Source: Eledone cirrhosa (taxonomy: Eukaryota). Taken from it: 64,000 nucleotides of DNA. The notes beneath the pieces were generated by a model. The model was not told where the DNA came from, ran no database searches, and saw only the letters and a list, made by a program, of their open reading frames with translations. The position numbers and the translations under genes are program-made. Positions within the stretch are counted from its first letter, which is position 1. Each line of letters starts with the position of its first letter. The stretch covers positions 244,776,001 to 244,840,000 of the forward strand of contig OZ024741.1 of NCBI GenBank assembly GCA_964016885.1, in the 5' to 3' direction. Below are positions 53,601-64,000 of the stretch, in pieces.

Positions 53601-56600
53601 TCATTTTTGGATTCGTTTTCTTCGAAGCACACCATTCGCCGGCGGACTTTGTTGACGTTTAACACGGTTTGGTTCCACAGCCACAACTATTGATTTTACG
53701 GAGATATCTTGCTGAAATTCACGCCACACATAGCCAATGAGTATCTGCACATGTACCAGTAATTACAGATCGATCCGACCGCGGGCGGCCGGCCCGCGAT
53801 TAAAAAGGTAAAACCGCCGGCTAATTGTCATTTTTGGATTCGTTTTCTTCGAAGCACACCATTCGCCGGCGGACTTTGTTGACGTTTAACACGGTTTGGT
53901 TCCACAGCCACAACTATTGATTTTACGGAGATATCTTGCTGAAATTCACGACACACATAGCCAATGTGAGTCTGCACATGTACCAGTAATTACAGATCGA
54001 TCCGACCACGGGCGGCCGGCCCGCGATTGAAAAGGTAAATCCGCCGGCTAATCGTCATTTTTGGATTCGTTTTCTTCGAAGCACACCATTCGCCGGCGGA
54101 CTTTGTTGACATTTAACACGGTTTGGTTCCACAGCCACAACTATTGATTTTACGGAGATATCTTGCTGAAATTCACGCCACACATAGCCAATGAGTATCT
54201 GCACATGTACCCGTAATTACAGATCGATCCGACCGCGGGCGGCCGGCCCGCGATTAAAAAGGTAAATCCGCCGGCTAATCGTCATTTTTGGATTCGTTTT
54301 CTTCGAAGCACACCATTCGCCGGCGGACTTTGTTGACATTTAACACGGTTTGGTTCCACAGCCACAACTATTGATTTTACGGAGATATCTTGCTGAAATT
54401 CACGCCACACATAGCCAATGAGTATCTGCACATGTACCAGTAATTACAGATCGATCCGACCGCGGGCGGCCGGCCCGCGATTGAAAAGGTAAATCCGCCG
54501 GCTAATCGTCATTTTTGGATTCGTTTTCTTCGAAGCACACCATTCGCCGGCGGACTTTGTTGACGTTTAACACGGTTTGGTTCCACAGCCACAACTATTG
54601 ATTTTACGGAGATATCTTGCTGAAATTCACGACACACATAGCCAATGTGAGTCTGCACATGTACCAGTAATTACAGATCGATCCGACCACGGGCGGCCGG
54701 CCCGCGATTAAAAAGGTAAAACCGCCGGCTAATTGTCATTTTTGGATTCGTTTTCTTCGAAGCACACCATTCGCCGGCGGACTTTGTTGACGTTTAACAC
54801 GGTTTGGTTCCACAGCCACAACTATTGATTTTACGGAGATATCTTGCTGAAATTCACGACACACATAGCCAATGTGAGTCTGCACATGTACCAGTAATTA
54901 CAGATCGATCCGACCACGGGCGGCCGGCCCGCGATTGAAAAGGTAAATCCGCCGGCTAATCGTCATTTTTGGATTCGTTTTCTTCGAAGCACACCATTCG
55001 CCGGCGGACTTTGTTGACATTTAACACGGTTTGGTTCCACAGCCACAACTATTGATTTTACGGAGATATCTTGCTGAAATTCACGCCACGCATAGCCAAT
55101 GAGTATCTGCACATGTACCAGTAATTACAGATCGATCCGACCGCGGGCGGCCGGCCCGCGATTAAAAAGGTAAATCCGCCGGCTAATCGTCATTTTTGGA
55201 TTCGTTTTCTTCGAAGCACACCATTCGCCGGCGGACTTTGTTGACGTTTAACACCGTTTGGTTCCACAGCCACAACTATTGATTTTACGGAGATATCTTG
55301 CTGAAATTCACGCCACACATAGCCAATGGGTGTCTGCACATGTACCAGTAATTACAGATCGATCCGACCACGGGCGGCCGGCCCGCGATTGAAAAGGTAA
55401 ATCCGCCGGCTAACCGTCATTTTTGGATTCGTTTTCTTCGAAGCACACCATTCGCCGGCGGACTTTGTTGACGTTTAACACGGTTTGGTTCCACAGCCAC
55501 AACTATTGATTTTACGGAGATATCTTGCTGAAATTCACGCCACACATAGCCAATGAGTATCTGCACATGTACCAGTAATTACAGATCGATCCGACCGCGG
55601 GCGGCCGGCCCGCGATTAAAAAGGTAAAACCGCCGGCTAATTGTCATTTTTGGATTCGTTTTCTTCGAAGCACACCATTCGCCGGCGGACTTTGTTGACG
55701 TTTAACACGGTTTGGTTCCACAGCCACAACTATTGATTTTACGGAGATATCTTGCTGAAATTCACGACACACATAGCCAATGTGAGTCTGCACATGTACC
55801 AGTAATTACAGATCGATCCGACCACGGGCGGCCGGCCCGCGATTGAAAAGGTAAATCCGCCGGCTAATCGTCATTTTTGGATTCGTTTTCTTCGAAGCAC
55901 ACCATTCGCCGGCGGACTTTGTTGACGTTTAACACGGTTTGGTTCCACAGCCACAACTATTGATTTTACGGAGATATCTTGCTGAAATTCACGCCACACA
56001 TAGCCAATGAGTGTCTGCACATGTACCAGTAATTACAGATCGATCCGACCGCGGGCGGCCGGCCCGCGATTGAAAAGGTAAATCCGCCGGCTAATAGTCA
56101 TTTTTGGATTCGTTTTCTTCGAAGCACACCATTCGCCGGCGGACTTTGTTGACGTTTAACACGGTTTGGTTCCACAGCCACAACTATTGATTTTACGGAG
56201 ATATCTTGCTGAAATTCACGACACACATAGCCAATGTGAGTCTGCACATGTACCAGTAATTACAGATCGATCCGACCACGGGCGGCCGGCCCGCGATTGA
56301 AAAGGTAAATCCGCCGGCTAATCGTCATTTTTGGATTCGTTTTCTTCGAAGCACACCATTCGCCGGCGGACTTTGTTGACATTTAACACGGTTTGGTTCC
56401 ACAGCCACAACTATTGATTTTACGGAGATATCTTGCTGAAATTCACGCCACACATAGCCAATGAGTATCTGCACATGTACCAGTAATTACAGATCGATCC
56501 GACCGCGGGCGGCCGGCCCGCGATTAAAAAGGTAAATCCGCCGGCTAATCGTCATTTTTGGATTCGTTTTCTTCGAAGCACACCATTCGCCGGCGGACTT

Positions 56601-59600
56601 TGTTGACGTTTAACACGGTTTGGTTCCACAGCCACAACTATTGATTTTACGGAGATATCTTGCTGAAATTCACGCCACACATAGCCAATGAGTATCTGCA
56701 CATGTACCAGTAATTACAGATCGATCCGACCGCGGGCGGCCGGCCCGCGATTGAAAAGGTAAATCCGCCGGCTAATCGTCATTTTTGGATTCGTTTTCTT
56801 CGAAGCACACCATTCGCCGGCGGACTTTGTTGACGTTTAACACGGTTTGGTTCCACAGCCACAACTATTGATTTTACGGAGATATCTTGCTGAAATTCAC
56901 GACACACATAGCCAATGTGAGTCTGCACATGTACCAGTAATTACAGATCGATCCGACCACGGGCGGCCGGCCCGCGATTGAAAAGGTAAATCCGCCGGCT
57001 AATCGTCATTTTTGGATTCGTTTTCTTCGAAGCACACCATTCGCCGGCGGACTTTGTTGACATTTAACACGGTTTGGTTCCACAGCCACAACTATTGATT
57101 TTACGGAGATATCTTGCTGAAATTCACGACACACATAGCCAATGTGAGTCTGCACATGTACCAGTAATTACAGATCGATCCGACCACGGGCGGCCGGCCC
57201 GCGATTGAAAAGGTAAATCCGCCGGCTAATCGTCATTTTTGGATTCGTTTTCTTCGAAGCACACCATTCGCCGGCGGACTTTGTTGACGTTTAACACGGT
57301 TTGGTTCCACAGCCACAACTATTGATTTTACGGAGATATCTTGCTGAAATTCACGCCACACATAGCCAATGAGTATCTGCACATGTACCAGTAATTACAG
57401 ATCGATCCGACCGCGGGCGGCCGGCCCGCGATTAAAAAGGTAAAACCGCCGGCTAATTGTCATTTTTGGATTCGTTTTCTTCGAAGCACACCATTCGCCG
57501 GCGGACTTTGTTGACGTTTAACACGGTTTGGTTCCACAGCCACAACTATTGATTTTACGGAGATATCTTGCTGAAATTCACGACACACATAGCCAATGTG
57601 AGTCTGCACATGTACCAGTAATTACAGATCGATCCGACCACGGGCGGCCGGCCCGCGATTGAAAAGGTAAATCCGCCGGCTAATCGTCATTTTTGGATTC
57701 GTTTTCTTCGAAGCACACCATTCGCCGGCGGACTTTGTTGACATTTAACACGGTTTGGTTCCACAGCCACAACTATTGATTTTACGGAGATATCTTGCTG
57801 AAATTCACGCCACACATAGCCAATGAGTATCTGCACATGTACCCGTAATTACAGATCGATCCGACCGCGGGCGGCCGGCCCGCGATTAAAAAGGTAAATC
57901 CGCCGGCTAATCGTCATTTTTGGATTCGTTTTCTTCGAAGCACACCATTCGCCGGCGGACTTTGTTGACATTTAACACGGTTTGGTTCCACAGCCACAAC
58001 TATTGATTTTACGGAGATATCTTGCTGAAATTCACGCCACACATAGCCAATGAGTATCTGCACATGTACCAGTAATTACAGATCGATCCGACCGCGGGCG
58101 GCCGGCCCGCGATTGAAAAGGTAAATCCGCCGGCTAATCGTCATTTTTGGATTCGTTTTCTTCGAAGCACACCATTCGCCGGCGGACTTTGTTGACGTTT
58201 AACACGGTTTGGTTCCACAGCCACAACTATTGATTTTACGGAGATATCTTGCTGAAATTCACGACACACATAGCCAATGTGAGTCTGCACATGTACCAGT
58301 AATTACAGATCGATCCGACCACGGGCGGCCGGCCCGCGATTAAAAAGGTAAAACCGCCGGCTAATTGTCATTTTTGGATTCGTTTTCTTCGAAGCACACC
58401 ATTCGCCGGCGGACTTTGTTGACGTTTAACACGGTTTGGTTCCACAGCCACAACTATTGATTTTACGGAGATATCTTGCTGAAATTCACGACACACATAG
58501 CCAATGTGAGTCTGCACATGTACCAGTAATTACAGATCGATCCGACCACGGGCGGCCGGCCCGCGATTGAAAAGGTAAATCCGCCGGCTAATCGTCATTT
58601 TTGGATTCGTTTTCTTCGAAGCACACCATTCGCCGGCGGACTTTGTTGACATTTAACACGGTTTGGTTCCACAGCCACAACTATTGATTTTACGGAGATA
58701 TCTTGCTGAAATTCACGCCACGCATAGCCAATGAGTATCTGCACATGTACCAGTAATTACAGATCGATCCGACCGCGGGCGGCCGGCCCGCGATTAAAAA
58801 GGTAAATCCGCCGGCTAATCGTCATTTTTGGATTCGTTTTCTTCGAAGCACACCATTCGCCGGCGGACTTTGTTGACGTTTAACACCGTTTGGTTCCACA
58901 GCCACAACTATTGATTTTACGGAGATATCTTGCTGAAATTCACGCCACACATAGCCAATGGGTGTCTGCACATGTACCAGTAATTACAGATCGATCCGAC
59001 CACGGGCGGCCGGCCCGCGATTGAAAAGGTAAATCCGCCGGCTAACCGTCATTTTTGGATTCGTTTTCTTCGAAGCACACCATTCGCCGGCGGACTTTGT
59101 TGACGTTTAACACGGTTTGGTTCCACAGCCACAACTATTGATTTTACGGAGATATCTTGCTGAAATTCACGCCACACATAGCCAATGAGTATCTGCACAT
59201 GTACCAGTAATTACAGATTGATCCGACCGCGGGCGGCCGGCCCGCGATTAAAAAGGTAAAACCGCCGGCTAATTGTCATTTTTGGATTCGTTTTCTTCGA
59301 AGCACACCATTCGCCGGCGGACTTTGTTGACGTTTAACACGGTTTGGTTCCACAGCCACAACTATTGATTTTACGGAGATATCTTGCTGAAATTCACGAC
59401 ACACATAGCCAATGTGAGTCTGCACATGTACCAGTAATTACAGATCGATCCGACCACGGGCGGCCGGCCCGCGATTGAAAAGGTAAATCCGCCGGCTAAT
59501 CGTCATTTTTGGATTCGTTTTCTTCGAAGCACACCATTCGCCGGCGGACTTTGTTGACGTTTAACACGGTTTGGTTCCACAGCCACAACTATTGATTTTA

Positions 59601-62600
59601 CGGAGATATCTTGCTGAAATTCACGCCACACATAGCCAATGAGTGTCTGCACATGTACCAGTAATTACAGATCGATCCGACCGCGGGCGGCCGGCCCGCG
59701 ATTGAAAAGGTAAATCCGCCGGCTAATAGTCATTTTTGGATTCGTTTTCTTCGAAGCACACCATTCGCCGGCGGACTTTGTTGACGTTTAACACGGTTTG
59801 GTTCCACAGCCACAACTATTGATTTTACGGAGATATCTTGCTGAAATTCACGACACACATAGCCAATGTGAGTCTGCACATGTACCAGTAATTACAGATC
59901 GATCCGACCACGGGCGGCCGGCCCGCGATTGAAAAGGTAAATCCGCCGGCTAATCGTCATTTTTGGATTCGTTTTCTTCGAAGCACACCATTCGCCGGCG
60001 GACTTTGTTGACGTTTAACACGGTTTGGTTCCACAGCCACAACTATTGATTTTACGGAGATATCTTGCTGAAATTCACGCCACACATAGCCAATGAGTAT
60101 CTGCACTTGTACCAGTAATTACAGATCGATCCGACCGCGGGCGGCCGGCCCGCGATTAAAAAGGTAAATCCGCCGGCTAATCGTCATTTTTGGATTCGTT
60201 TTCTTCGAAGCACACCATTCGCCGGCGGACTTTGTTGACGTTTAACACCGTTTGGTTCCACAGCCACAACTATTGATTTTACGGAGATATCTTGCTGAAA
60301 TTCACGCCACACATAGCCAATGAGTGTCTGCACATGTACCAGTAATTACAGATCGATCCGACCACGGGCGGCCGGCCCGCGATTGAAAAGGTAAATCCGC
60401 CGGCTAATCGTCATTTTTGGATTCGTTTTCTTCGAAGCACACCATTCGCCGGCGGACTTTGTTGACGTTTAACACGGTTTGGTTCCACAGCCACAACTAT
60501 TGATTTTACGGGGATATCTTGCTGAAATTCACGCCACACATAGCCAATGAGTTTCTGCACATGTACCAGTAATTACAGATCGATCCGACCGCGGGCGGCC
60601 GGCCCGCGATTGAAAAGGTAAATCCGCCGGCTAATAGTCATTTTTGGATTCGTTTTCTTCGAAGCACACCATTCGCCGGCGGACTTTGTTGACGTTTAAC
60701 ACGGTTTGGTTCCACAGCCACAACTATTGATTTTACGGAGATATCTTGCTGAAATTCACGACACACATAGCCAATGTGAGTCTGCACATGTACCAGTAAT
60801 TACAGATCGATCCGACCACGGGCGGCCGGCCCGCGATTGAAAAGGTAAATCCGCCGGCTAATCGTCATTTTTGGATTCGTTTTCTTCGAAGCACACCATT
60901 CGCCGGCGGACTTTGTTGACATTTAACACGGTTTGGTTCCACAGCCACAACTATTGATTTTACGGAGATATCTTGCTGAAATTCACGCCACACATAGCCA
61001 ATGAGTATCTGCACATGTACCAGTAATTACAGATCGATCCGACCGCGGGCGGCCGGCCCGCGATTAAAAAGGTAAATCCGCCGGCTAATCGTCATTTTTG
61101 GATTCGTTTTCTTCGAAGCACACCATTCGCCGGCGGACTTTGTTGACGTTTAACACCGTTTGGTTCCACAGCCACAACTATTGATTTTACGGAGATATCT
61201 TGCTGAAATTCACGCCACACATAGCCAATGAGTGTCTGCACATGTACCAGTAATTACAGATCGATCCGAATACGGGCGGCCGGCCCGCGATTGAAAAGGT
61301 AAATCCGCCGGCTAATCGTCATTTTTGGATTCGTTTTCTTCGAAGCACACCATTCGCCGGCGGACTTTGTTGACGTTTAACACGGTTTGGTTCCACAGCC
61401 ACAACTATTGATTTTACGGAGATATCTTGCTGAAATTCACGCCCCACATAGCCAATGAGTATCTGCACATGTACCAGTAATTACAGATCGATCCGACCGC
61501 GGGCGGCCGGCCCGCGATTGAAAAGGTAAATCCGCCGGCTAATCGTCATTTTTGGATTCGTTTTCTTCGAAGCACACCATTCGCCGGCGGACTTTGTTGA
61601 CGTTTAACACGGTTTGGTTCCACAGCCACAACTATTGATTTTACGGAGATATCTTGCTGAAATTCACGACACACATAGCCAATGTGAGTCTGCACATGTA
61701 CCAGTAATTACAGATCGATCCGACCACGGGCGGCCGGCCCGCGATTGAAAAGGTAAATCCGCCGGCTAATCGTCATTTTTGGATTCGTTTTCTTCGAAGC
61801 ACACCATTCGCCGGCGGACTTTGTTGACGTTTAACACGGTTTGGTTCCACAGCCACAACTATTGATTTTACGGAGATATCTTGCTGAAATTCACGCCACA
61901 CATAGCCAATGAGTATCTGCACATGTACCAGTAATTACAGATCGATCCGACCGCGGGCGGCCGGCCCGCGATTGAAAAGGTAAATCCGCCGGCTAATCGT
62001 CATTTTTGGATTCGTTTTCTTCGAAGCACACCATTCGCCGGCGGACTTTGTTGACGTTTAACACGGTTTGGTTCCACAGCCACAACTATTGATTTTACGG
62101 AGATATCTTGCTGAAATTCACGACACACATAGCCAATGTGAGTCTGCACATGTACCAGTAATTACAGATCGATCCGACCACGGGCGGCCGGCCCGCGATT
62201 GAAAAGGTAAATCCGCCGGCTAATCGTCATTTTTGGATTCGTTTTCTTCGAAGCACACCATTCGCCGGCGGACTTTGTTGACGTTTAACACGGTTTGGTT
62301 CCACAGCCACAACTATTGATTTTACGGAGATATCTTGCTGAAATTCACGCCACACATAGCCAATGAGTATCTGCACTTGTACCAGTAATTACAGATCGAT
62401 CCGACCGCGGGCGGCCGGCCCGCGATTAAAAAGGTAAATCCGCCGGCTAATCGTCATTTTTGGATTCGTTTTCTTCGAAGCACACCATTCGCCGGCGGAC
62501 TTTGTTGACGTTTAACACCGTTTGGTTCCACAGCCACAACTATTGATTTTACGGAGATATCTTGCTGAAATTCACGCCACACATAGCCAATGAGTGTCTG

Positions 62601-64000
62601 CACATGTACCAGTAATTACAGATCGATCCGACCACGGGCGGCCGGCCCGCGATTGAAAAGGTAAATCCGCCGGCTAATCGTCATTTTTGGATTCGTTTTC
62701 TTCGAAGCACACCATTCGCCGGCGGACTTTGTTGACGTTTAACACGGTTTGGTTCCACAGCCACAACTATTGATTTTACGGGGATATCTTGCTGAAATTC
62801 ACGCCACACATAGCCAATGAGTTTCTGCACATGTACCAGTAATTACAGATCGATCCGACCGCGGGCGGCCGGCCCGCGATTGAAAAGGTAAATCCGCCGG
62901 CTAATAGTCATTTTTGGATTCGTTTTCTTCGAAGCACACCATTCGCCGGCGGACTTTGTTGACGTTTAACACGGTTTGGTTCCACAGCCACAACTATTGA
63001 TTTTACGGAGATATCTTGCTGAAATTCACGACACACATAGCCAATGTGAGTCTGCACATGTACCAGTAATTACAGATCGATCCGACCACGGGCGGCCGGC
63101 CCGCGATTGAAAAGGTAAATCCGCCGGCTAATCGTCATTTTTGGATTCGTTTTCTTCGAAGCACACCATTCGCCGGCGGACTTTGTTGACATTTAACACG
63201 GTTTGGTTCCACAGCCACAACTATTGATTTTACGGAGATATCTTGCTGAAATTCACGCCACACATAGCCAATGAGTGTCTGCACATGTACCAGTAATTAC
63301 AGATCGATCCGACCGCGGGCGGCCGGCCCGCGATTAAAAAGGTAAATCCGCCGGCTAATCGTCATTTTTGGATTCGTTTTCTTCGAAGCACACCATTCGC
63401 CGGCGGACTTTGTTGACGTTTAACACCGTTTGGTTCCACAGCCACAACTATTGATTTTACGGAGATATCTTGCTGAAATTCACGACACACATAGCCAATG
63501 TGAGTCTGCACATGTACCAGTAATTACAGATCGATCCGACCACGGGCGGCCGGCCCGCGATTGAAAAGGTAAATCCGCCGGCTAATCGTCATTTTTGGAT
63601 TCGTTTTCTTCGAAGCACACCATTCGCCGGCGGACTTTGTTGACATTTAACACGGTTTGGTTCCACAGCCACAACTATTGATTTTACGGAGATATCTTGC
63701 TGAAATTCACGACACACATAGCCAATGTGAGTCTGCACATGTACCAGTAATTACAGATCGATCCGACCACGGGCGGCCGGCCCGCGATTGAAAAGGTAAA
63801 TCCGCCGGCTAATCGTCATTTTTGGATTCGTTTTCTTCGAAGCACACCATTCGCCGGCGGACTTTGTTGACGTTTAACACGGTTTGGTTCCACAGCCACA
63901 ACTATTGATTTTACGGAGATATCTTGCTGAAATTCACGCCACACATAGCCAATGAGTATCTGCACATGTACCAGTAATTACAGATCGATCCGACCGCGGG
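41692..64000. repeat. Large homogeneous E-subfamily domain: 98 complete 227-bp monomers plus a partial one, continuing past the window
   Basis: The last monomer starts at 63934, and 63934-41692 = 98x227-4 (3-bp deletion at ~44801, 1-bp deletion at ~49470). All monomers carry GGTAAA(T/A)CCGCCGGCTAA. Confidence 0.95.
52584..59847. repeat. 3632-bp tandem duplication (16x227) within the E domain
   Basis: Rare variants recur at offset 3632: GTACCCGTA (54212/57844), CCACGCATAG (55090/58722), CTAACCGTC (55414/59046). Boundaries are accurate to about one monomer. Confidence 0.85.

Larger units (their letters stand above)
1..64000. repeat. Tandem satellite DNA array of 227-bp and 196-bp monomers (~293 complete monomers, one orientation), probably eukaryotic centromeric/pericentromeric
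   Basis: The motifs TCTGCACATGTACCAGTAA(T/C)TACAGATCGATC and TTCTTCGAAGCACACCATTCGCC recur every 227 or 196 bp from start to end. ORF-track spacings (519, 746, 973, 1169, 1365...) give the same periods. The array runs off both window ends. The satellite call is direct; the centromeric location is inference. Confidence 0.98.

Noticed and set aside
1-64000. CRISPR-like repeat/spacer array (conserved core plus variable tail)
   Set aside because: There are only two tail types and no unique spacers, the units are far longer than CRISPR repeats, and no cas or other genes are present.
1-64000. Inversions or transposon insertions in the array
   Set aside because: Monomer spacings of 227 and 196 bp account for all coordinates apart from three small deletions, and all units read in the same orientation.

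Overview
The whole 64-kb window is one head-to-tail tandem satellite array in a single orientation. I found no unique sequence, protein-coding genes, transposon insertions or CRISPR spacers. I count about 293 complete monomers of two lengths, 227 bp and 196 bp, which share a ~158-bp core and carry alternative 69-bp or 38-bp tails. Two domain types alternate. Mixed higher-order-repeat (HOR) domains are built on an 846-bp 4-mer (196+196+227+227) with 619-, 650-, 1919- and 2084-bp variants. Homogeneous domains consist of a distinct 227-bp subfamily ('E', diagnostic GGTAAATCCGCCGGCTAAT) at 16820-17727, 21896-26432 and 41692-64000. Shared rare variants show nested duplications: two ~20-kb macro-units (6080-26432, 26433-46455), each with its own ~5.1-kb 24-monomer tandem duplication, plus 3632-bp and 2270-bp duplications inside the E domain. 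The monomer is rich in palindromes and CpG. This organisation fits a eukaryotic centromeric or pericentromeric satellite, but I do not recognise the family or organism, and any function is inference. The listed ORFs are best explained as repeat artefacts.
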